A stretch of 59,687 nucleotides of DNA from Bacteroidales bacterium (GTDB lineage Bacteria > Bacteroidota > Bacteroidia > Bacteroidales > JAIPAH01). Below the pieces are notes generated by a model that had not been told where the DNA came from, made no database searches, and was given only the letters and a program-made list of their open reading frames with translations. Every line of letters begins with the position of its first letter. Position 1 is the stretch's first letter. Positions 19,115 to 27,101 of this stretch are shown one piece after another. The position numbers were made by a program, and so were the translations under genes. The stretch covers positions 1 to 59,687 of the forward strand of contig JAIPAH010000001.1 of assembly GCA_021740175.1 (NCBI GenBank), read 5' to 3'.

Positions 19115-19515
19115 AAAATTATTATTGCCCAATCTGTCGAGCGCATTTAAGGGTTGGAGATAACATTGTTCTTGCGGCAAAGAGCCCTTATAACGAAAAA
19201 GGATTGATTTTTCTCAATCCGGAAGTAGGAAACTATTCGAAAGAAACGCATCCCGATTTTGAAATCAGGGAGGGGGAGGAGTACAAATTTTATTGTCCGG
19301 TTTGTCATGCTACCCTCAACGACAAGGAAAAGAAAAATCTTGTAAAAATGAATATGGAAGAAGAAGGCACACACTATGATTTTTACTTTTCCAACATTGC
19401 CGGTGAAGAGGTGACCTACAGAATCAGCGAACAGGAAGTGGAAAAGTACGGATATCATAAGGACCGTTATGAAAAGTATTTTGACCTTCCGGATGAATAC
19501 AAAAAATACTTGTAA
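19111..19515 (+). CDS. Small zinc-ribbon-like protein of unknown function
   Basis: 134 aa with two CPxC pairs (CPICRAHL, CPVCHATL). Its start overlaps hycI as ATGA. I recognise no family. Confidence 0.6.
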   Translation: MKNYYCPICRAHLRVGDNIVLAAKSPYNEKGLIFLNPEVGNYSKETHPDFEIREGEEYKFYCPVCHATLNDKEKKNLVKMNMEEEGTHYDFYFSNIAGEEVTYRISEQEVEKYGYHKDRYEKYFDLPDEYKKYL

Positions 19516-19518
19516 GAT

Positions 19519-20196
19519 ATGGAGCAACAGTTAATCGTATTGCTTACCACGGCAGCTGGTTTGGGCTTTCTCCACACAGTGCTTGGCCCGGACCATTATG
19601 TTCCGTTCATTGCCATCTCCAAAGCCCGGCAATGGACGTTAAAGAAAACCGCCTGGATTACCGGAGTTTGTGGGCTTGCCCATGTGGGTAGTTCAGTGGT
19701 TATCGGCATTTTCGGGATTGGCCTGAGCATTAAACTGGCTCAGCTGGAAGCGTTTGAAGCCTTGCGCGGCACTATCACCGGCTGGCTGATTATCGCCTTC
19801 GGACTGGCTTACCTTGTCTGGGGCATCCGTAAAGCCGTGACTTATCATCAGCGAAAGAGAGTTATGGAAAGCCTGGAAAAGGAATCGGGAGCGTCTTCTA
19901 AAAAATCCTACAAACAGCTCATCCCGTGGATGTTGTTTGTGGTATTTATTTTCGGCCCCTGCGAACCTTTGATTCCGGTATTGATGTTTCCCGCCGCCGA
20001 TGTCAGCATTGCCGGAATGATCATGGTAGCTGCGGTTTTCGGACTGGTAACCATAGGAACCATGCTGCTGTTAGTTTTAGTACCTCAATACGGTATTCAA
20101 AAGCTCCGTTTCTCCGGTTTGAAACAATATGGCCACGCCGTGGCCGGTGCTCTGATTCTTTTCTGCGGTGTAGGGATTCAGTTTCTGGGGCTGTAG
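19519..20196 (+). CDS. Putative Ni2+/Co2+ transporter (NicO/RcnA- or HupE/UreJ-like membrane protein)
   Basis: 225 aa, about 6 TM, with LHTVLGPDH and FGPCEPLIP motifs and a charged central loop. It is the last gene of the hydrogenase cluster. The family assignment is tentative. Confidence 0.45.
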   Translation: MEQQLIVLLTTAAGLGFLHTVLGPDHYVPFIAISKARQWTLKKTAWITGVCGLAHVGSSVVIGIFGIGLSIKLAQLEAFEALRGTITGWLIIAFGLAYLVWGIRKAVTYHQRKRVMESLEKESGASSKKSYKQLIPWMLFVVFIFGPCEPLIPVLMFPAADVSIAGMIMVAAVFGLVTIGTMLLLVLVPQYGIQKLRFSGLKQYGHAVAGALILFCGVGIQFLGL

Positions 20197-20725
20197 GCAA
20201 GAAGGTATTTTTATTTCGGGTTTCGGGTCCCGAGTTTCGAGTGGGAAGAAGTCATTCGGTAGTCATTCATCGTCATTGATTGTAATTTATTGTAATTCGT
20301 AGTAATTGGTTGTATGTAGCTGAAGGGTTTGGTGCTGCTGACCTTCCAGCTTTTTAGGAGGACATACGGGGTGGAGAAGATGGAAGGTCTTGGCGAATGG
20401 TTGCTTGAATGGTTGAATGGATGAATGATAGCTACTAATTGCTGAATTATTGAGTAATAGCTAATTAATGTACTGGCTCGTGCTCGTTTTCAACGAGTAC
20501 GAATTACTCTTTGCGCTTGCAGCGCAAGGGGTAGCTTGGGTGTATCGTCTAGTGATCGATGTGGTCGTTAAACGACAAGAGGAGTAGGCATTCGTCGCAG
20601 ACAAGCGCCAGCAAAGGCCTTCCGGGAAAACGTTGAAAAGCACATATTATATAGCTTGTATGATAAGGGAATAATTACTATTTTTATTCTTTAAATAAAG
20701 AATGATTCGAGGGAGGATTATAAAT

Positions 20726-20938
20726 ATGAAATCAGTTAAATATATTGTTTACAGAGAAGGTGACTATTATGTTTCACAATGTTTGAATGTGGAAGTTTCA
20801 AGTTTTGGAGAATCAATTCAAGAGGCAGTGGATAATTTAAATGAAGCACTTGAGCTCTATTTTGAAGATAAAAATGTAGACACTGATATACCAGCTATTA
20901 ATGAAGCACTAATCGGCGAAACTTTTATAAATGGTTAA
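20726..20938 (+). CDS. hicB: HicB-family antitoxin
   Basis: YIVYREGDYYVSQCLNVEVSSFGESIQEAVDNLNEALELYFED. I prefer the ATG at 20726, which is preceded by GGGAGG, over the ORF-track start at 20702. Confidence 0.78.
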   Translation: MKSVKYIVYREGDYYVSQCLNVEVSSFGESIQEAVDNLNEALELYFEDKNVDTDIPAINEALIGETFING

Positions 20939-21137
20939 ACTTCCCTCCTCAAGACAAATCATCAAAACTTTGCAGCGTAATGGTTTTGTTTTTGTATCTC
21001 AGCGAGGAAGCCATGTGAAGTATCGAAAAGAAAAACAAACTGTCATTGTTCCTCATCCTCGTAAAAAAATTCCATTGGGTACCTTTAAGTCTATAATCAG
21101 GCAATCAGGATTAAAAGAAGATGAGTTTCATAGATAA
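20931..21137 (+). CDS. hicA: HicA-family mRNA interferase toxin
   Basis: 68 aa with IIKTLQRNGFVFVSQRGSHVKY...IPLGTFKSIIRQSGL. It overlaps hicB by 8 nt. Confidence 0.85.
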   Translation: MVKLPSSRQIIKTLQRNGFVFVSQRGSHVKYRKEKQTVIVPHPRKKIPLGTFKSIIRQSGLKEDEFHR

Positions 21138-21297
21138 ACAAATTAGAATTGTCGCTCCAATCGACAAAAAGATTAGGCTATTGTCATAGACGAGCACCAG
21201 CAAGGTGTAGAAAATAAAAACACAAAACACCAAACAAGGAACACCCCTTGCATATTCTGATTATTCCCCGTTATTTTGCCATACAAAATAAAAAGTT

Positions 21298-21939
21298 ATG
21301 AAAGTAATTGATTTGTCCCATACGATAAATGAAAGTATAACCGTCTTTAACGAAGATGAAAGACCGCAGATAAAACAAGTCGCCAGGGTCGAGAAAGACG
21401 GCTACTCCCAGTTGCATTTCTCAATGTTTACACATAATTCTACGCATATCGATGCGCCGTATCATATGATTGAAGGGGGAAGAACGCTTGATCAATTCGA
21501 TCCGGGAAAATTTATAGGCAAAGCATTTGTGGCTGATGTAAGAAATTCAGGGTCTTTAATTCAAAAAGATGATTTAATAGCTTACGAATCAAAACTCAAA
21601 GAATGCGATTTTCTATTGTTGAATACCGGATGGGCCGGAAAGTGGAAGACGGAAGCCTACAAGAAAGACTTTCCCGTCTTAAGCCAGGAAGCTGCCGAGT
21701 GGTTGATGAAGTTTCATCTTAAGGGTATAGGTTTGGACACTATTTCCATTGATCCTGTTGACAGTGTTGATGTCCCTATCCACAAAATTGTACTCGGAAA
21801 TGAGGTTTTAATTATTGAAAATTTAACCAACCTGGATATATTGGGTTCAAAAGTTTTTACATTTTCATGCTTACCTCTAAAGTTTGAAAGTGCCGACGGT
21901 TCCCCGGTTAGGGCAATAGCATTAAGCAATAGTTTTTGA
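21298..21939 (+). CDS. Cyclase family protein (kynurenine formamidase-like)
   Basis: 213 aa with a THNSTHIDAPYHM motif. Confidence 0.82.
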   Translation: MKVIDLSHTINESITVFNEDERPQIKQVARVEKDGYSQLHFSMFTHNSTHIDAPYHMIEGGRTLDQFDPGKFIGKAFVADVRNSGSLIQKDDLIAYESKLKECDFLLLNTGWAGKWKTEAYKKDFPVLSQEAAEWLMKFHLKGIGLDTISIDPVDSVDVPIHKIVLGNEVLIIENLTNLDILGSKVFTFSCLPLKFESADGSPVRAIALSNSF

Positions 21940-21977
21940 GTCAGAGAACGGTGTCACTTTTTTAATCTATGAGCCCA

Positions 21978-22122
21978 GTCTAAAAAGCCTTATGACCCCT
22001 AATCCCGAAAGCTTTCGGGACTAAGGGAAACTTTTTCAAACTGCTGATTTTTAGCAGTTCTCCGCCTAAGGCGGATCAGGGGTAAAAATGGTAAAAATCA
22101 GCAGTTTGAAGGCTTTTTAGAC
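21978..22122 (+). repeat. Nested palindromic element, copy 1
   Basis: The outer 14-bp perfect inverted repeat is GTCTAAAAAGCCTT / AAGGCTTTTTAGAC. The inner 19-bp perfect inverted repeat is TTCAAACTGCTGATTTTTA (22035-22053) / TAAAAATCAGCAGTTTGAA (22092-22110). Internal hairpins are CCCTAATCCCGAAAGCTTTCGGGACTAAGGG and CCGCCTAAGGCGG. Confidence 0.8.
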
Positions 22123-22351
22123 CATACTCATCTGTAACATTTTTTTTTATCATTACTTAGCGTTTTGATTGACGGCAGTGTTACCTATAGCAGATTGATT
22201 CATATGGATTTAAAATAGTTAAATTACATTAATTGTTAAATGATTTGCTTTAAGCTGTTATTATTCATAACTTCGTTCACAATATTTAAGTGAATTTCAG
22301 ATTATTTCTATGAATAAAACAAATGAATTATTAACAAAAAACCTATGAATT

Positions 22352-23008
22352 ATGCGTTTAAGAAATTTTAAGTATTTAAGTTTTTTTATTGCGTTGACAT
22401 TTTTTGGCTTTACGGCTTTAACCTCATGCGAAGAGGATAGTTCAAACGACCCCAATGGTAATAATAATGGTACGGAGAAGACCTGGGAGCCGTACAAATT
22501 CGATCCGAATGTATCCTTTACTTATGAATTTTATACTATGGAAAATGGCGAGGAACAAAGTTCCGGCACTATTGAAATAATGATACAGGATCCCGCTGTT
22601 GAGGTGAACGCTACTATTGATGGTGAGTTTTACAGCTTTTCGTCTGATAGCCATGATGCCATAAGCGAAAATTTTCAGGAAGCTGTAAATAATACTCCTG
22701 CAGGAATAGTTATTTACCAACCTTATTGGGAAAATGCTTTTGCTGACCAGGTGATTGAAGAAGGCGCTTCATGGTCATACAATTTTGAAGACGGATCGGT
22801 AAGTTTTGAAGTCACCGGAACCGATACATATGCTGGAATTGAAGGGTATGTAGTTGAATATGATATACAAAACGATTCAGGAGAAAACGCTATGTGGGAA
22901 CTTTGCGCAAATCTTGGTATGTCATTACCCCTGATGAGCCATGTTGAAAGTTCCGATGATTCTAATAGCGAAACTTTTCATTTAGAACTAACAGATTACC
23001 AAGAGTAG
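22352..23008 (+). CDS. Acidic lipoprotein, unknown function
   Basis: 218 aa with a signal peptide and lipobox ALTSCEED. Confidence 0.6.
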   Translation: MRLRNFKYLSFFIALTFFGFTALTSCEEDSSNDPNGNNNGTEKTWEPYKFDPNVSFTYEFYTMENGEEQSSGTIEIMIQDPAVEVNATIDGEFYSFSSDSHDAISENFQEAVNNTPAGIVIYQPYWENAFADQVIEEGASWSYNFEDGSVSFEVTGTDTYAGIEGYVVEYDIQNDSGENAMWELCANLGMSLPLMSHVESSDDSNSETFHLELTDYQE

Positions 23009-23067
23009 GCTTCTAGTCTTATACTTTAATACCATTATAATATTTGATTTGAAAACCTCCTTCTAAA

Positions 23068-23107
23068 CCTCCTCCGAATCAATTTTTGATAGGAGGAGGC
23101 TTTTTTA
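23068..23107 (+). terminator. Intrinsic terminator
   Basis: CCTCCTCC (23068-23075) pairs with GGAGGAGG (23092-23099) and is followed by CTTTTTT. Confidence 0.7.
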
Positions 23108-23279
23108 CCCGGATTTGAAAAAAAATAAAAGATGTATTACTGGATTAACCCGGGATATAAGAGCTTTAGCCGGCCAAATAAACTTTCTGTCACAACAAAA
23201 CAGTTATATCATTGCAGGATTCTTCTGATGTTTATTTTTGCATTGGAATTCGGGGAATTTAAGCTAAATACTCAATCTT

Positions 23280-23741
23280 ATGAATAGCCAGACTGTAAAG
23301 AAAATCAGGCATACGTATTTGCTTGAAGAAGGTAAGTGGTCGGTGTCGGGAGTTTATTTCGATGCCGAGAATGAGGAGAAGGAAGTGAAAGGCGAACAAC
23401 GCATCAAACATTATCCAAATCAATGGCAGTTGGATAGTAGGATGGAACTTCAGGATATGCCAAAGAAGGTTATTCAAAGTACCTACAAAATTGAGCCAAC
23501 TGCAGACGAGGGGGAGTTCACCTTCTGGGAGTCGGATGATCCCAATCTCGGGCAATTGCTTGGTCGTTTTATGATAGTCGGCAACACGATTATGTCGATG
23601 TACCAGTCTGAAAGCCGGCTCTATTTAGGAACGGAAATCCTGGAAAAAGTTGATGAGAATAGATATAAGGTAAAAGGCTTTTCTTTTAGTGGTGATGAAA
23701 AGCTTGCTAGTTGGGAAATTGCGCTCAAGCGGGAAACATAA
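23280..23741 (+). CDS. Hypothetical protein
   Basis: 153-aa ORF in an otherwise empty region. No motif recognised. Confidence 0.5.
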   Translation: MNSQTVKKIRHTYLLEEGKWSVSGVYFDAENEEKEVKGEQRIKHYPNQWQLDSRMELQDMPKKVIQSTYKIEPTADEGEFTFWESDDPNLGQLLGRFMIVGNTIMSMYQSESRLYLGTEILEKVDENRYKVKGFSFSGDEKLASWEIALKRET

Positions 23742-23887
23742 TTCTTATGTGCCCGAGAAACTTTTGTGGGCATAGCCGGGTAAAAATATTGAAAAATAAC
23801 CTCCGGGAAATAATTTTTTGATTCAGTCTTTGTCAGATTATGCTTATATTTGAGTAATCAATAATAGATTACTAGTAATTAAAGATC

Positions 23888-24325
23888 ATGACTAAAGAGA
23901 TCATTCTGGGGATAATGGCATTAGTAGGAATAGGTATGGCTCTGAGTAAGCGGGATATCGTATTTACTATCACAACCTTTGGACTTGCTGCCGGAGCTTA
24001 TATTTTTATTCTTGGTATTCAAACAATTAATATAAGCTTTTTTGTAGCCTTCACTCTACTCACTTTTCTCCTGGCTATCGGTCAAAAAGGTGTCCCGGCG
24101 CCAAACCGTCTGGCATTGGCCCTCATCAGTTTTTTTGTGATATTGGCTGAAATGGCGATTTATCAAGAATGGAATTCAGTGGATACATTACGTTATGCCA
24201 TGCTTATTCCCCTTCTCATATATTTTATGGCTTTGATAGGATCAATCCCGATAAAGCGGGGATTGAGCTGTGCAACCATCATAGCCGCCGATGCACTTGC
24301 TATTCTGGTTAAAGGGATTGTTTAA
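23888..24325 (+). CDS. Hypothetical membrane protein
   Basis: 145 aa with about four hydrophobic helices. Confidence 0.55.
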   Translation: MTKEIILGIMALVGIGMALSKRDIVFTITTFGLAAGAYIFILGIQTINISFFVAFTLLTFLLAIGQKGVPAPNRLALALISFFVILAEMAIYQEWNSVDTLRYAMLIPLLIYFMALIGSIPIKRGLSCATIIAADALAILVKGIV

Positions 24326-24437
24326 CCGGGGATAGGGTTTTAAATAAGGCGTTTTACGGAAAATTAAAAAGTATCGATTTATTTTTTTGCTGAACTAATG
24401 AAAATTTTAGGAGGTTAACTATAATTAAAATAACACG

Positions 24438-25439
24438 ATGAAAAGCTGGATGATTACAAAATATGGGGCTCCTTCCGAAAGCTTGTCCCAACAAGATGTT
24501 GATATTCCTATACCCAAAGATGATGAGGTACTTATAAAAACAAAGGCGGCTTCTTTTAATCCCATTGATTATAAAATACTGCGTGGTGATTTGAAAATGG
24601 TGATGAAATTAAAGTTCCCCTCACCTATAGGATTTGATGTTAGCGGAGAGGTTGTTGAAATGGGTAAAGATACCGATGCTTTTGAGAAAGGCGAGGCGGT
24701 TTACAGCCGCATTTCAAAAATGGGGGCAGTGGCGGAATATGTTACTGCTAAGGCTGAAAATGTGGCTAAGAAACCTTCAAATATAAATCACCGGCAAGCT
24801 GCCGGCATACCCCTGGCCGGGCTAACGGCTTACCAGGTGCTATTTGATGTAGCACAACTACAGCACGGGGAATATGTTTTTATTCCAGCGGGTTCGGGGG
24901 GTGTAGGTTCTTTGGCAATACAACTGGCTCGCCGGGCGGGAGCTTATGTGGCCACTACCACCAGCAGCGTTAACGTGGATTGGGTGAAAACACTTGGTCC
25001 GAACCAGGTTATCGATTATACACGCGATGAATACACCATACTTTTAAAAGATTATGATGTGGTCTTTGATACCCTGGGAAGGGAGCATACTATGGAGGCT
25101 TTTAAAATCCTGAAAGATGGGGGTAGACTGGTGACTATCGCCGGGGAGATTGATAATCACACAGCTAAAGAGCTTGGTCTTAATCAGATTATTCGCTGGT
25201 TCCTCTCATTTAAAGCCCGGAAAATTACCCGCAAAGCACGCAGCAAAAACATCATGTATCGCTATAAGCTCATGGCGCCGAATGGTGATCAATTGACGGA
25301 AATAACCCGGCTAGTGGAAGAAGGGCATGTCAGTCCGGTTGTCGATAGTGTGTTTCCCTTTGATAAAGCCCATGAAGCCCTGCAGCGACTCACCGAAGGA
25401 CGGGCTAAAGGTAAGATTATTGTAAGTATGGAGGAGTAG
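24438..25439 (+). CDS. NAD(P)H-dependent quinone oxidoreductase / zinc-type alcohol dehydrogenase family (MDR)
   Basis: 333 aa with a GroES-like N-terminus and an IPAGSGGVGSLAIQLAR Rossmann motif. Confidence 0.88.
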   Translation: MKSWMITKYGAPSESLSQQDVDIPIPKDDEVLIKTKAASFNPIDYKILRGDLKMVMKLKFPSPIGFDVSGEVVEMGKDTDAFEKGEAVYSRISKMGAVAEYVTAKAENVAKKPSNINHRQAAGIPLAGLTAYQVLFDVAQLQHGEYVFIPAGSGGVGSLAIQLARRAGAYVATTTSSVNVDWVKTLGPNQVIDYTRDEYTILLKDYDVVFDTLGREHTMEAFKILKDGGRLVTIAGEIDNHTAKELGLNQIIRWFLSFKARKITRKARSKNIMYRYKLMAPNGDQLTEITRLVEEGHVSPVVDSVFPFDKAHEALQRLTEGRAKGKIIVSMEE

Positions 25440-25632
25440 GGATGGATTCTGTTAATCTGAATTCACCAATAATTCCTCTCTACAGTCCTGAAATATTTTT
25501 GAGTCTTTCATTCTTATACAGCATTCTAAATGTTTTCCGAAGGCCTTAGGCGGATAGTTTTTTAAAGCGTTTATCGGCAAACATTTGTTTATATAGGGAT
25601 GTTTATAATCTGAAACTAAAAAATTAATAACT

Positions 25633-26190
25633 ATGGCAGTTACACAATCCAATATGTTACCTCTCGGGACGAAGGCTCCCGAATTTAATCTTTATGATAC
25701 GGTATCCGGCGAGAATAAAACGCTCAGTGAATTGCGTTCAGATAAGGGTACGTTGATAATGTTCATTTGCAATCATTGCCCGTATGTTAAGCATGTAAAT
25801 CCCGAGCTGGTGCGCGTAGCCAACGACTACAAGGAGAGAGGCATATCATTCATTGCTATTAACTCCAATGATGTGATAAGCCACCCGGAGGATGCACCGG
25901 CTAAGATGAAAAAAGTGGCCAAGGAGCAGGGCTATCCATTCCCTTATCTTTTTGATGAAACCCAGGAAGTGGCCAAAGCATATAAGGCTGTCTGCACACC
26001 CGATTTTTTCCTTTTCGACGGCCATCTCAAATTGGTATACAGCGGAAGGCTCGATGAATCTTCGCCCGGCAACAATAAGCCTCTCAACGGGAAGGACTTA
26101 CGCTATGCGCTTGATAAACTCTTGGAGGGGGAAACAGTACCTGAAGAAGAGCAATTTCCCAGTATGGGTTGTAATATAAAATGGAAGTAA
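25633..26190 (+). CDS. Thioredoxin-fold (AhpC/TSA-like) protein
   Basis: 185 aa with the CxxC motif FICNHCPYV. Confidence 0.85.
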   Translation: MAVTQSNMLPLGTKAPEFNLYDTVSGENKTLSELRSDKGTLIMFICNHCPYVKHVNPELVRVANDYKERGISFIAINSNDVISHPEDAPAKMKKVAKEQGYPFPYLFDETQEVAKAYKAVCTPDFFLFDGHLKLVYSGRLDESSPGNNKPLNGKDLRYALDKLLEGETVPEEEQFPSMGCNIKWK

Positions 26191-26214
26191 ACAGTAGTAT
26201 TGAAAAATATGTAA

Positions 26215-26248
26215 AATCCCGCCGGCGTTAGTTGGCGGGATTTTTTTT
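26215..26248 (+). terminator. Intrinsic terminator
   Basis: AATCCCGCC pairs with GGCGGGATT and is followed by a T-run. It starts 25 nt after the stop at 26190. Confidence 0.78.
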
Positions 26249-26377
26249 GCTAATAGATCATCGGCGGCTAACCGAATTTTTGCATTAGCGCGAGGAATTT
26301 TGAAAGGGAAAACTTGATTTCTGAATGTACTTTTATTAATTTTAAGTGCTAAATATGTCACCACAAAATTTAAAATT

Positions 26378-26851
26378 ATGAACCCTAAAATTTTTTCTCT
26401 TGGCTTAGTGCTCTTCCTATTTATGTTAGTGAGTTGTGAAGAGCAAAATCAAAACGAAGACAAACCCGATCCGGATCCAACTCCCGAACCGGAGGAAACC
26501 TCTGCAAATCTTGCACAAACCGATTATCTCGGTTGTTTTAATGAATATGGCTTTCGAAAAGCAACCACGAATTCCGACACGATGTATTACGAGATGAGCA
26601 ATGACTCGCTGCTGCTCCATGTCCTCATGCGTAAAAATTGCGGGGCTTGCCTTGAAGATTCCGTTGTGATGCGGCAGGATACGGCCAATATCTACGTAGC
26701 GGATACTTGCGGACGCATTGCCAATTGTATATGCGATTTCCGCTTTGACTATTATTTCACCGATTTCGGAAAACAACTTTATTTTAAGGTCTATTACCAG
26801 GAATACGAAGCTCATGAATTCAACCTATGGGGTGAGTTGGAATATCCATAG
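26378..26851 (+). CDS. Cys-rich lipoprotein, unknown function
   Basis: 157 aa with lipobox LVSCEEQ, a Pro/Glu-rich linker and six further Cys. Confidence 0.55.
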   Translation: MNPKIFSLGLVLFLFMLVSCEEQNQNEDKPDPDPTPEPEETSANLAQTDYLGCFNEYGFRKATTNSDTMYYEMSNDSLLLHVLMRKNCGACLEDSVVMRQDTANIYVADTCGRIANCICDFRFDYYFTDFGKQLYFKVYYQEYEAHEFNLWGELEYP

Positions 26852-27101
26852 AAAACGGGGATAATTCCATTAATTTTAGAGAAGGCTATCAGATGCTGGA
26901 AATTAGAACACCAAAAGAAATTTTTCACTATGAAAACGACTAAAGGTAAAAAAGAAGATTCGATAAAGAGGATGCGTGAGATACGTGACAAATTAAGTCA
27001 TCAAAATATCATCCGAACCTACGTTTTGGAACATGATTGGTGTGGCAGTGGAATAGAATGAATCATTAGCACATCCAAACTGCTATCACCCTGAGCCATC
27101 A

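Noticed and set aside
20240-20440. A CRISPR array or other spacer-repeat structure.
   Set aside because: The repeats have a period of about 10 bp, are degenerate and lack spacers. There are no cas genes anywhere in the window.
20461-20643. A 60-aa minus-strand ORF.
   Set aside because: It sits in a hairpin-dense intergenic segment with no start context or motif. The structure favours plus-strand RNA.
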